Positions 27,365 through 43,751 of a stretch of 64,000 nt of DNA are shown here, piece after piece. The DNA lies in assembly GCF_009914755.1 (NCBI RefSeq), contig NC_060937.1, one strand, 5' to 3'. Under the pieces are notes generated by a model. That model was not told where the DNA came from, ran no database searches, and saw nothing but the letters and a program-made list of their open reading frames with translations. Numbering within the stretch: position 1 is the stretch's first letter; each line of letters starts with the position of its first letter. The translations under genes and the position numbers were made by a program. The stretch comes from the human T2T-CHM13v2.0 reference genome, Homo sapiens.

Positions 27365-27820
27365 GTATTAGTTTCCCAGGACTGCTGTAACAAATTACCC
27401 CAAACTTGGTGACTTAAAACAACCAAAATTTATTCTCCCACAGTTCCGGAGGCCAGATGTTTGAAATAAATTTGTCGGCTGGGCTGTGTTCCTCTGAAGG
27501 TTCTAGCAGGGACCTTTACTGGCCTCGTCCAACTTCTGGTGGCTCCAGTTATTTGGTGGCTACGGCTGCATCACCCAGCCTCTGCCTCCATCTTCTTACA
27601 GCCTTCTCCTCCTCCCTGTGTGTGGCTCTTCCATTTGTCCCATAGAATGCTTGTCACTGGATTTAGGGTTCACCTGGCTAATCTAGGATGATTTCATCTA
27701 AAAATCCTTAGCTTACTTATATCCACAAAGACTTTTTTTTCCAAAGAAGGTTACATTCACAGCTTCCAGGGATTAGGGTGTGGGTATATATTTCAGGGGC
27801 CACCATTTAACCCACCACAG
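27365..27820 (-). mobile_element. MLT1 (C/D-type) MaLR LTR
   Basis: 'tgtattagtttcccaggactgctgtaacaaattacc...aaaatttattctcccacagttc'. Confidence 0.85.
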
Positions 27821-28496
27821 TATTGCTCATTTACATCTCTAGCATCTAATAGTGCCTGGCATGCAGAGTTTAACAGTCACTCATGTATTTGTTTTTGATG
27901 GTTTAGATTTAAACTTGGACCCAGGCACTCTATCTGCTCCATTCCCAGATCTGAATAAAGGGTGGTATGAGTTTGCAATAAAATCAATATCTTTGACACT
28001 CCTTGACTATGAAATAAGCCACTAGGCTAATTAGGGTAAATAGTTTCTTGCTTTCCATAGGGATTTCTGTTAGAGTATTTTATGCTATGGTTTCAACTTA
28101 TCACATGCTAAGGATGCAGGAATCACATAAGCATAAGGCAAATATGTTTGAAGGTCTTTTTTCTCCCTGAGACCCTCAATGTCTGATAACAAATTGGATT
28201 TTATTTATGAGATAAACTTTCACGTATGTATTTCATAATATTTATGAGGATACAAAGATAAGTATTTACAGGAGTACAACTATATATGTAGATGATTTTA
28301 TTTCCATCATGTGGCATTTCATTGACACCTAATACTGACTTCCAAGTGTCCGTTTAGACGATATACATACAAAGGAAATGACATGCTTTTTCTTCCTTTA
28401 AAAATATAGCTGATGTGATGCCCCTAATAGAGAGTAAATGAATATAATCAAGTTTTCCCTACTTTGGAGTACAAATTTTAAGCTTTTATATTAAAA

Positions 28497-28626
28497 CCTA
28501 TTTATGCCTAGTGTTCCATTATTGGAACACTAAGCATGTGGGAGTTATTTATGTCTTACTGCTCAAGGTCATCACCAGGGTCTGATTTTTCACACTCAAA
28601 AAATTGCAACCTCAGGCATAAATGGG
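28497..28626 (+). mobile_element. MER85 piggyBac MITE (PGBD3-derived)
   Basis: TIRs cctatttatgcct / aggcataaatggg; TTAA immediately 3' (28627); internal palindrome gttccattattggaac; body matches the recalled MER85 consensus. Confidence 0.9.
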
Positions 28627-28710
28627 TTAAAATGTACTATGACGTATCTCCAACTTCATCCTGGAATGGTTTTATCTGACAGGTTTAAAAGTGGCAATGA
28701 GAATAAGTCT

Positions 28711-29051
<341 letters not shown>

Positions 29052-30204
29052 TTAAAAACAACCTCTCCCTGTGTATGTAACTCACATGGTATATACCTTA
29101 TAATTCATGCGGTTGGCCATATTTTATTTATGAAATATTTGGAATCTGGAATCCAAAATCAGGGAAGGTGCAGATTCTTTGTTCCCTATTCATAGTGGAA
29201 ATTAGTTCAAGTTGCTTTATTTTTAGCATTGCCATTCCACATTATTTTAAAGATAAGACTTTTGGGGTGACACTTTATTCTTATTTTTATGTGTTTATTC
29301 ATTTTTCCAATAATCAAGAAACAGAAAAATCAGAAGAAAGCCAGAGAAAAAGTGAGTTTCCTGTCTGCAGTGCTCAAAGCATACCACACACATTAGGAAA
29401 TGACAGAAATGCACAAGCTAGACATCCAGCCAATCAAAACACATTGCCCAGAACAGTCAAGTTTAAATGGGATCATGCATTCCAAGTCTTGAAGTTTAAG
29501 ACACATTAACATTAAGCCTTTCAACTTCACATAGTAATACAATCCAGCAACAACACAGCATCAATCAACAAAATCAGACTAAAAGAAAGAGCTTGTGCTT
29601 CCCCCAAGGGAGCCCTGTAGACAGATTGCACCTCAAAGTTGAAAGGACAGTTAAGCCTTCTCTTTGTTGCTTTCTCTGTTCTGGGACCACTTTGCAGTTT
29701 TCCTTCTTTCTGAATATGTTTTATCTCAGGTACAAATAGGTTGGCTCTTCTGCAAAAGACTAGCCAACTAGTCTACCACAGAGTTAGTTAAGTCTCATTG
29801 TTTCAAATAAATTTGTGTTTTATTTTTAAACTCATTGACAACTCTATGTGTTTTTAATTAACTTCTTTGACTTCAGTTGTTTGAAATCCAAAAGTGGGCT
29901 TGGATAAAAATTAGCTTTATCAGTTTATGCCAGTGTGTGTTTAACCAGGTTTTTTCTTTACTATACATTAACTCCAGATAGATGGGGACTATTTGTTCAT
30001 CAAAGGCTGGCTTTTCCTGCATATCTCTGTGGCAGACACTAGTTGGGTTACCTTGTGCAAAACGGCTCACACCAAATAGGGTTGTGGGAAGAACTGACAC
30101 TTCCAAAACCAACTATGGTTGCAATTGTAAACAAGTGTCAAAGAGCCCGCATTCTTTATAAAGCTTAGCTAGGCATTGAGATGTAGGCTTTTAAAATATG
30201 ACTT

Positions 30205-30532
30205 ATTTGTGGGTTTGTTTTGGTTTTTTGTTTGTTGGTTTTGAGACAGGTTCTCACTCTGTTGCCTGGGCTGGAGTGCAGTGGCACTATCACGGCTCAC
30301 TCTAGCCTCAACCTGTTGGGCTGAAGTAATCCTCCCACTTCAGTCTCCTGAGTAGCTAGGACTACAGTTGTGTGCCACCACACCCAGCTAATTATGTTTT
30401 GTTTTTTGTTTTTGTAGAGATGGGGTTTCTCCATGTTGCCCAGACTGTTCTGGAATTCCTGGGCGCAGGTGCTCCTCCTGCCTCAGCCTCCCAAAGTGTT
30501 GGGATTACAGGTGTCAGCCACCATGCCTGGCC
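30205..30532 (-). mobile_element. AluJ-like element
   Basis: Alu body; TSD aatatgactt on both sides. Confidence 0.92.
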
Positions 30533-33500
30533 ACAATATGACTTCTTAAGCACCGTTAATACACCTAAGTGTTGGGCCCTATCTTTCAATTTGCCAGATA
30601 CAGGGTGGTCATATAATTTATTGTCCATGCAAGGATCTTGAGAATGGTTAGGGTTGCTAACCCGATGGGTTGCCAGGACATCTGGTGTAAACCTGGACAT
30701 CCATATATATGGGACTCTTCTGCCCCATGTGCCACTACCAAGTGTTTTTGAAGGTGTGTTGAAAATATTGCTAAATTTCACCTGCTAATTGTTCTGATGA
30801 ATCTATGAATTTTTTTTCATCCTGGAATCATCCATGACTTCCTACTTGATCCATCAGATATCAGTATCTCACTATTTCTGGACCCCAGGACACTTTTCCA
30901 CCACGAAGTTCTTTTCCTGCTTACAGTGCTACTGTCTGTTTCCCATCTCTGTTCGTGGAGATCCTAGTGATTCTTTGGGACCTAACTCAGCAGTATCTCT
31001 TCCAACACTTTAGCTTCCACAGGGCTGTATTTGTATCCTCCTTAGGGCACTCACCTCTTTCGGTTTTGTTATATTTTTATGTGTTGTATCATTTTTCATT
31101 ACTTAACTGAAAGAAGGAACCAACCACAAAGCTGCACCTCTACATTACACATTGAATGTGAGCCCCTTGTTTTAGCTACTTCTTATGTGTTTGGTGAATT
31201 GTTTTTAAAAGTGTGGTAGGAAATAAACATCCAAGAAGGTAGAAAGCCTTGTTGTATTTGGCAAGGAACAGGCCGATGCTACTGCTGGATTTGAATGCCA
31301 GCTTCTCCAATTAAGAGCTGTGCAATCTTGTGCAAGTCACTTAACCTCTTGGCGGCCTGTAAAATGGGGATGATAATAGTACCTACCTCCTAAGATACTG
31401 AGTATTTAATGTTGCCAGGCACTGTCCTCACAGAACAGTGCTTGGCAAACAGTGCCTGGCAAGACTAAATACTCAATATCTCAGCTATTTTTATTGTTCA
31501 GACTTCATTTCCCTATTTTTCGAGGTTTTATTCACATTTTTGAATTGTATTGCAAATAAAAGAAAACCAAGAGCTATCGGCATGTGTAATGGAGGGAGGC
31601 CTAATGGCCACCTCCGTCAGGCACACCAGCAATATCCACTGAGAACTAATGCCTTGGTGACCCAAAGGTCACTTGATGGGACAGAATAAAATGTCCTCTT
31701 GACTTGAAGAGCCAACCAGGCCAACCCCAACCTCTCAACTTGAAATCAGAGAGTTGAGGTGCTGGTTCTCTGCACATCTGTAGAATAGGGACCATAAGAG
31801 TACCTACCTCATGGGGTTACAGTAAAGATGTAATGAGATCATCTATGTAAAGCACTGATCATAGTTTCTAGTACCTGCTCTACATTTGCTGTTGTTCACA
31901 GCATCTGTCCTGGAACATGAGTTGATTGTTGAGAGAGGTGTGGTGGGTGTTCTGGGGAAGATATCCTCATATTTCCTCCAGCCATCAGGAACCTCATGGC
32001 TAGCTCCATCAGGAGAAGCTCAGCAAGAGAGTGAGAATGCAAGCCTCTTGTTTTTTTATTAGAAATGGTGATTAGGAGACTGCCTTCCCCTCTCTGCGAG
32101 CATCCAGTGCAGGAGGGCCAATATCTACAGCTGCAAGGATGATCAGCTTGATGCTGAGGCAAGAGTTATGATTAGCAACAGAAGTGGCAAATTAAGTTCA
32201 CTGACTAGCAGGCTGGGAAGAGCCAAGAAATCTGTATTAATCACCAAGGACAGAACATGAGCTCTTTGAGACTCTGCAGGGAGAAAAGAGGCTGAAAGTA
32301 CCCACAGTACTTCTGGAAGGGGGCTCAGAACCAGTGAGTTTTCATTAGCATGGCTATTGCATCCTACAACCCTGGAGTCACTCACCCAGACTATAGTGAC
32401 CTAAAGAACTCAGGGTTACACACAGCACAGAGCCACTGTCCCAGGGAAAGAAGTTTCTTTGCTTCCAGGCGCCTCTGTACCTAACTGTTACTGTTCTTTT
32501 CCCAGGGTCCCCAAAGAAGAGAATTCCACCAACTTTTCTTGGCATTCTCTGCCAATAATTAGCAATTTTTTCTTTATGTTTATCCTTATTAATGCCTATT
32601 CCTGTTCAGCTGTGCTCATGGAAAGATAGCCAGTGTGTTTTGCACTTTCCCAGGCAAGCACATCTCAGAGTCCAAATGGCACAGTTGCCTTCAGTTAATT
32701 TTCACTTAGATCTTAACCTTCTGAGTTTATTTCCACTTGAACTCTGGGTATTAAAGTAGAAATAATGCTTTGTGACCTTTAAGCGGGACACCAGCTGCTT
32801 CTCCACCCTTTCCCCTGTGGTTTAGTGACCCACACAGTCCAGTTCTGCAATAGCCTTGTTTCTGGAGTTCTAACCTCCTTCCCAGCAGGGAATGACTAAT
32901 GCTTAAAGCCACGCATTACACGAAGGTTTACCAGGCAGAGCAAATAAATGGTCATCGGAGACATGCTTTCAAACAGAGATCTCTGTTCTTGGCATGAAGG
33001 TTAAGGTTAGTGAAAAAAAGTCCCACCTCTGCCCCTTTCTGTTCAGTTCCACCCCTTTATCTTCCCAAGGACATGATGAGAAAGATTTTAAAAGTGATCA
33101 CAGTGGTTTATCTTCATGACATGGGCAGATTTCCATGAGTCCTGTGATTCAGTGACACTCTGAGGAACCCATGACTGTGGGGTGGGCTTGGAACAAACTC
33201 ACTGTTGGCAGAAGCTGTCCACTTCCCCCATTTTTTGCTCTGGCAAAAATAGATTTCAATGGCAGCTTAGGAAGGGGCCGCAGTGGGGAAGAGGTTGTGG
33301 TAAGAGAACATTCTTTCCCATTCTCCAAATCTTCCAAACCAAGCTTTGCTCCATGGGACCACTTCACCCAGAAGTCTGGGCTGGAGCTCAGGCTCTGACA
33401 CTGTCATGGCTCCCAGCTTGATGGATGGGAGGAGGCAGGGAGCTGGGTTTCCAGCCAGGAACTAAGGGAACTCTACGCTCCTACAGTCCCTTTACTTACT

Positions 33501-34479
33501 GGGATGGTGTTCACCGCCTCTGCCCACTGAGCCTGCCAAAACAATCTGTCACAGCCAAGCCCAATCACTCCCCATTCCCTGCTCCAAAAAAGAAGAAACC
33601 TTGCTGCAGCTTCATAGACATTTGGTCAATCTGCAATAATAAAAAATAGAGGTAGTGGGGCATGGGGAGAGGGAAAGAAGAGAGGCTGGGGGCTGGTGAT
33701 GGGACAAGTTGAGTTTGGAGCTGCAGAGTGGGAAACTATGGGATGGGCTGGGAATACACAGGGGAGGATGCCTCCTTAAAGTAGGCTTCGGACTATGTAT
33801 ATGGATCCCCTTTGGGCTTTGGGATAATTAGTGAAAGATCAGAGTTATCTTGAAATTCCTTTTGTTTACAAGACTGCATGTTTGGCTGCTCTATGGGGGT
33901 CCTGGCTGTGTAAAGGTCACACGTGTAAGTGGATTATGGGCTCATTCATCTCCACAGGGCAAGCTGGAGAAGTTTTTCTTGACTCACTGGAAACAGAAGT
34001 AAAAGGCTGAGGAAGGCATTGCGGGGTGGGTGTATTACACAGGCGATGGTGAAAAGTGGAGGTGATGTGGTAGGGAGGAAGACATCTGTGTTTGCTATTG
34101 ACTTTCTATTTCTTCTGCCAGGGAGCCTGGCATCCGGGTCTCCTGTTGCCCAGCAGTGGAGCAGTCACTTCATTTCACTGTGTCTCACAGTTGTCTCTGC
34201 TGTTGGCAACTGGATGTGGGAGGGAACAGTGAAGAGACTACTAAAGTTTAATGTCCTTTTTATGACCAACTTTTGTTGCTGGCACCTTCCTCTTGGAAAA
34301 AATACACTGATTTATGACTGAACCATCCCTACACACGGAAATCAAATCATTCTTTCTGTCTCTTAGCTTATTTTTGTTTAGAGGAGCGGATGGCTTCCAT
34401 AGGCTGTTCAGAAAATGGCTGGGACAAATCGGAGTAAAAAAACTTAAAAGTTTTTATTTCTGTCTCTTTCTCCCCACAG

Positions 34480-35320
34480 AGGAGTTTGAAATTCTTGCTT
34501 CAGGCCATATGGAGTGGATATTCCTTCCAGAAGGAAATTACAGACCACTCTCTGTTTCTACTCAACTGCTTTTCACTCCGTAAGTGGACTCTTTGAAGCA
34601 GCCTTTTATTTACCTCAGATTCTGACATGAATAATTGTTTAATTGCCTTTCAGCCTACACAAGATAAGGAACCATGTCTCAAAAATTGTATAATTCTCTT
34701 AACTAAACAATAGCCAAGCCATCCGGAGTAGTTTTCAAAGGAAAAAAGAATTCCTCACATATGTTAAGCATTTTATTCTTTTCAAAATGCATTGCTCTGT
34801 ATTATTTCGCTAAATTGGATAACGTATACGAAAGCACTGTGTAAATTACATCACATAACAAAAAAGTGAAATGTTATAACAATGATCGATTTGATTTTCC
34901 ATGTGGGAAACTGAGGCTTTACGGGAGTAAGTTACAATCCCAAATCACAGCAGTTAAACGGAGCCCAGACAGTGGTCTGTCTTCTACTTCCGGATGTGCT
35001 CTCTCCTCTGCAGAGGATGCTTCACCTCTTGGGGCCTTCCCCAGCAGAGGCCCAGGATCACCTGCAAAAGGCTTCCCCAAGGGTGGGGCCAGAAGCAGGG
35101 CTGCAGATATGTGTCCTGAACCTCCCATGGACCCTGCTGGCTCCCTTCAAAGGCTTCGGGCATAGCGACTTGCCTTTCCGTCTTGTTCAGTCGTCACCAG
35201 TCAGCCGTCTGCAGACTTCTCTCCCTCACGTTGTGGCAGAGGAGTTGTACATTCTCTAGATTTTAAAAATATATAAGTTACTTTTTCTTTAAAATAAAAA
35301 TTGTCTCTGAAATAAGCTCC
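34480..35320 (+). ncRNA. LINC00545: Spliced lncRNA 3' part: internal exon 34480-34579 and terminal exon 35014 to about 35320 (probably LINC00545)
   Basis: Acceptor 'tttttatttctgtctctttctccccacag|' ending 34479; donor |GTAAGT at 34580; acceptor 'ctctctcctctgcag|' ending 35013; AATAAA at 35293. Name comes from my recollection of a lincRNA 23-25 kb upstream of MEDAG and is unverified. Confidence 0.5.
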
Positions 35321-35588
35321 CAATACATTTGCATATTTTTAAAACGTGTTAGCAAATTCTCATAATAGGATTTGCGTTTGTTAGAAGAGGACTGGGGCAG
35401 AAATCACAGAGGAATGAAGCACCTGCCACTCCCTCACCCCTCAGTGGGTGCAGCCCACCCAGGGAGGCAGCAGGATACAAGGTGGAGGAGTACCCCGATA
35501 CCCAAGAACCCCATGCAAAGGATAGAGCAGCCTGAGAGCAGGGGCAGGATACCAGAGGGAAGGGCTCAGGAGGGTTTCAAATGTATCA

Positions 35589-36010
<422 letters not shown>

Positions 36011-36381
36011 AAGAACTCCTGCAACTCAACAACAACAAAGTCAGTCCAAATAAAAAATGGGCAAAGGACTTGAATAGACATTTGTCCAAAGATAATATGT
36101 ATACAAATGGTCAATAAGCATATGAAAAGATGCTCAGCATCACTAATCAATCATTAGGAAAATGCAAATCAAAATCACAATGAGATACCACTTCACACTC
36201 ATTAGGAAGGCTACTAATGAAAAAAAAAAAATAGAAAATAACAAGTGTTGGATATTGAGAAACTGGAAGCCGGATGCATTGGGAATGGGCAGGAATGTAA
36301 AATGGTGCAGCCACTATGGAAAACAATATGGTGCTGCCTCAACAAATTAAACATAGAATTACCATATGTTTCAGCAATTCC

Positions 36382-37020
36382 GAAGAAACATCATTCTCTG
36401 GGGTAAACACCTGAGGTTCGCCATCTCATGCCAAGGATATCGAGTATGCAGACACACCGGAAGTGGGTTTAGGAGCAGAGGTTTAATAGGCAAAAGAAAG
36501 AGAAAAGAAAACAGCTCTCTCTTCTGCGAGAGAGAGAAGGGCACCTGAGTGGGAGTTCCGGCTGGTCGTGGAGTGCACAGGGTTTTATAGAAAGGCTTGA
36601 GGAGGCGGTGTCTGATTTACATAGGGCCCAAAGATTGGTTGGACCTAGTGTGATGTTTACATAGCTTAAGGGAAGCTGGCTTCCCCACCCTAATCTTATG
36701 CAAATGGGCTATTTGCCTGACGAGCTCCATGTTGTCTGCCCCCTGCTGCACATGTGGTTGGCAAGGAAAAAGGAAGATGAAACTGCCATTTTGAACATGC
36801 CTATTTCCCAGGTAACCCCTTTCCTATTGGCACAACTGCCAGCATTCACCTGTGCAAACTTCTAGCCTGCCTTTCTATGTCTGCAGCTTGATTTTACTGG
36901 CCACCCTTTGTTAGAAAAGAAAATGATTTGGCGGCTGCTTTTCATTAAAAGGAAAACCTTACTGAGGACTTCCTTACCCTCACTATCTGCCTAAATAATG
37001 TCTTTTTAACTCCTACATCA
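36382..37020 (-). mobile_element. ERV1 solo LTR (LTR9/MER61-like)
   Basis: Minus strand begins tgatgtaggagttaaaaagacattatttaggcagatagtgaggg; splits the L1 motif 'agcaattcc|acttctggg'. Confidence 0.75.
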
Positions 37021-37298
37021 TTTCCACTTCTGGGTATATACCCAGAAAAGTGAAAGCAATGACTCAGACAGATAGTTATACATCCATGTTCATAGCAACA
37101 TTATTCACAGTAGTCAAAGGGTGGAAGCAACCCAAGTGTCCATTAGCAGATAAATAGATAAGTAAAATGGGGTCCATATAATGGAAAATATTCAGCCTTA
37201 AAAAGGAAGGAAGATCTGACACATGCTATCACATGGATTAACCTTGAAGACATTATGCTAAGTGAAATAAGCCAGACACAAACGAACAAATATTGTAT

Positions 37299-38473
<1,175 letters not shown>

Positions 38474-38999
38474 AGAACTTCCCAGAAAAATGTGAAGGTC
38501 TGAGGAGAGAGGGAGGCATTGAAGTCCATCGAAGCCCTCTCCAGGGAGGACACCTTCTGGAGGCTGCTTCACTGAGGCCGATGCTACTTAGAAGAGGAAC
38601 CCATGCCCTTCCTCACCTCTGCAGTGTGTGATGATCCCTCAAAGGCCCTTTCCCAGTGGGTACATGGCCTGGGAAGGATGAAGGACAAGGTGTCCAGCTC
38701 CCCCCCTAGGGTCATCTATCTGAGAGTTCATCTCTCCTGTGCCATCCAGATGGCAGAGAAGACAGACTGTGCCCATCAGGGACCATAAAGGAAACTCCCC
38801 TGATTCACTTGGCTCCTCCAGAGCGTAAGAGAAGAAACACCCTGTGTATACAGAATTAATCCAGAGGGTGATATGAGACAGAAGTTTGACCTCATCCCTT
38901 TTTCCATTGGTTTTTAAGCTTTTATTTAAGCCAAAACAAGGGGTTCCAAATCGTCACACTCACACACACGCACACATATATGTTTTATACTCAATAGTT

Positions 39000-39988
<989 letters not shown>

Positions 39989-40349
39989 TAATTCAATTTG
40001 CACTGACTGCTGATAGGAGAGGTGGATGCAGCTGTCTTCTTCTGTGCTCCACTCTATTCACAGTGACACCAGGGGGAATGAGTCTACCAGGGTGACTCTG
40101 TTCTTCCCTTCCCAAATAAGCACGCTGCCTCTTGTACCTCAGCCACCCAGGTCCTCGATTCCAACCACCAGGTGGGACAAATGTTTGGTGGCACCTGTCC
40201 CTTCTGCAGCAGGACTCTCTTGCACACACCTTAGACTATTTTTTTTTCTTCCTCTGATCCTTTTGGTCTTTTAGGGATTTTCAGTTTCTGAAAACCCCCT
40301 TCTCTAAAAGTCTCCCTTCTAGTTTTCTGAGTATTGTTACTTTTTAAAA

Positions 40350-40651
40350 TTTATTATTATTATTATTATTATTTTTTGACTCACTCTGTTGCCCAGGCTG
40401 GAGTACAGTGGTGCAGTCTCGGCTCACAGCAACCTCTGTCTCCTGGGTTCAGCGATTCTCCTGTCTCAGCCTCTCCAGTAGCTGGGATTACAGATGAGTG
40501 CCAACATGGCTGGCTAACTTCTGTATTTTCAGTAGTGATGGGGTTTCACCATGTTAGCCAGGCTGGTCTCCAACTCCTAACCTCAAATGATCCCCTCATC
40601 TCGACCACCCCAAAGTGCTTGGATTACAGGCGTGAGCCACCACGCCCGGCC
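40350..40651 (-). mobile_element. AluS-like element with a (TTA)n tail
   Basis: Alu body ending 'ccacgcccggcc'; ttattattattatt tail. Confidence 0.92.
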
Positions 40652-41093
40652 TGTTACATATTTTTTCTATTGTGTCTGAAAACCTAGTGCTGAAGGGAAG
40701 GCAGCAGTATGTGTTTGGGCCACCATTTTGAAAACGGAAATCTTCAAATAAAATCTTAGAAGTTTGAGATGTAAGAGATACAGTGCAGCACTTTAGTTGA
40801 AGCAGAGGTGGAGGCCCCAGAGGTCTGCTTCCCTTCTCCCTCGCAATGGCCTGTGAGGAGACTGCAAGGAACACCCAAGGCTCTGTGGAGCCTGGCATGA
40901 AAACCACCCACCCATGTTATTATTGTGGCTTCATGTCAGCATCACAATCGATTTGATAGTTGGCACCAGGATCCTGGTTGCCTGATCCCTCCAATAGTGA
41001 CAGACTACTTTTTTAAATTTAGAAACTTGGGACCCTTTTAGGACTTTCCTTGAAATTTCCATTTTTTGGTCTGACAGTTCACTTGCAAAGAAC

Positions 41094-41494
41094 TGTAATA
41101 AGTAGGAGGCCATTGGCTTGAGGCTGTGCAGGTACTTTGAGTTCCTACACAATGAACTGCAACTTAACTTGGTATATAAACAAACGAGAACCTAACTCAG
41201 GAGTGTATTTTTTTGTAACAGCCAGTCTCAGCCAATCACAAGCAGCCAAGCTTCAGCCATTCACAGGTGGTCAGCTGATCAGACCATGTCCAAATAAGGC
41301 AAATTCCTAGCCATAACCAATCAAGTTATGTCTGCACTTTACCTCTGCATTCAGCCTATAAAAGCCACAGCTCATGCTCCTAACTTGGAGTTCTATGAAC
41401 CTCTTGTGCTTCTGAGTGCTGCCTGATTCATGAATCACATTTTGTTCAAGTCAATTCTGTTGAATTTACTTTCTATAAAGTTTTTCTTTTAACA
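41094..41494 (+). mobile_element. Complete ERV1 solo LTR (MER57/MER93-like) with 4-bp TSD
   Basis: TG...CA termini (tgtaata...ttttaaca) flanked by gaac on both sides; internal CCAAT boxes and TATAAAA. Confidence 0.8.
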
Positions 41495-42329
41495 GAACTA
41501 ACATTCTTTGAGCTCCATAAATTATCATGCCATTGCTGTCTCTACTTCCTCAAGTGCTCTCCGATGACTTAGTAAGGTGGATCTTCATACGACCCCAAAC
41601 CATAATCTTTCAATATGTAGTGAATATACTGGGTATGAGTTCCACCTACGTAAGAGGCGTTTTTAAATTACTTTATATGGAACTCTCCAGCTGTGGATAT
41701 GAGGTAACAAACCCATTTGTCTCATGCACATGGTGGGGGATGGTTGAGTGCAAAGATTGTTGATGTTTTGCTGTATGTTCCTCTGTGTAAGGCCTTCCTC
41801 GGGGCCGTTGAGATAACTTCAGTGATTTATATCACCTCAAAACTTTTAAGGATTTAGACTTTCTTCTGTCTTGGTTGTATTCCTGTCTAAGGCTGGCCTA
41901 TGTATGACCCAACATTATTCAGGTAACTTATTCAGAGGTAGAAGACATTTTATTTATTTAGAGAAATAAGAAATCATCATACCAGACTAGTGATTTGAGT
42001 AAGAGATTTAAACAGAAATTTTTTTTTTTTTTTTAATGCTTGAAAGTATCTGTTATTGGACAGGCAAAATTTTAATGTGTCAAAAATTTATTTAAACTAT
42101 GTGGTCATTATCTGGAGTAGAATAGTGAATTATGTCAATTATTTTGTTAATTATCTTACATTTCAGAGTCCTATTTACATACATAATTTCCATATACACC
42201 ATAGAAAGTCTACTCAAGCCTCCATTTTTTCCAAATATTTAGTTGTCCTTAGTTACCTGTGATCATAAAATGGATTTTAGGCAGTATTATTTGGTTGACT
42301 TTTGCTTCAACTCCAGCAAATCAAGCAGT

Positions 42330-42880
42330 TTGTTGGTTTGTCACATATTCATCATCTATTCTCTTATCTGTGTTCTTTTCTAAGCAGCCTACCACCTTCC
42401 ACTGGGGGGGATCCATGAGATTCCAGGGAAGCTGACTTTATTGACGGGAGTGAGGCATGAGGTCTAAGCTAAGCCAATCCGTGCCTTCCATTTCTTGGAA
42501 CACAGATATTGGCTGCAGAGGGGGCATGTGTCTTAAGGGGGGTCCAATCAGAATGAATTTTCAGATTTTCCTTGGAAACATTAGGCAGGAATGCTCTCCT
42601 GCTTCCCTGCTTCCCTTCTGGATTAGAATGAGGAAGCAACAGCCCTAAGAGCTCCTGGAAGCCATAGGGGATCTCAAAGAGAGTCAGCCTTAGAATTTGG
42701 CCCCAAAAAGGGCAATGTGAAGAGCTAGGAACAAATAAGGTTCTTGGTGACATTGTTGAGCTCCTGGATCAAGCCTTATCTGGAGCCAATATTACATCTG
42801 GCATTTTCAGTTGCTTGAGCCAACAAATTCCCTCAATTGTTTAAGCTATTTTGAATGAAGCTGTTTGTTGGTTGCATTCT
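42330..42880 (+). mobile_element. Old MLT1 (J/K-type) LTR
   Basis: 'ggtccaatcagaatgaa', 'ttgagctcctggatcaagcc', 'ttttcagttgcttgagccaacaaattccc...tgtttaagc'. Confidence 0.65.
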
Positions 42881-43409
42881 AACTTGTATAATTTGTAGAT
42901 GACATATTAGTATACAACTTCACAGTTTAGAAATTGTATTATCTTACTTCATTGTCACAACATCTCCATAGAGGTATTTAGAAAAGCTGTTACTCCTCTT
43001 GTTTTATATGAAGAAAGGGACTGTGAAAGCATTGCCCTAGGTTAAACAGATGGTTAAGTAGAAGAGGAAAGTTATATGAGGACAGGAAGAATGTATTCAT
43101 TTTAAAGTTGTATTCTCAGCATCTTTTATGGTGTTTGCCAATTCAATGTAATAAAAATTTGTTGAACAAATAAATAAATCAAATAATAGAGCTGTAATAG
43201 TAAAAAGAATAATGGGCTTAGCTGTAATTGATCATTCATTTTTTCCAACAAATATTTACCAAATGCCTATGTAGAGGTATGAGGCTCAGTTGTGCCAGTA
43301 TGTCTAGTGAAAAAGACAAAGAAAATTGATATTTCTAATGTTCTGATACTCTTTTAAAGTTTCACAGAATTAAATGATTATAGTATTTACATGTCAAGTC
43401 CTGCCATGA

Positions 43410-43751
<342 letters not shown>

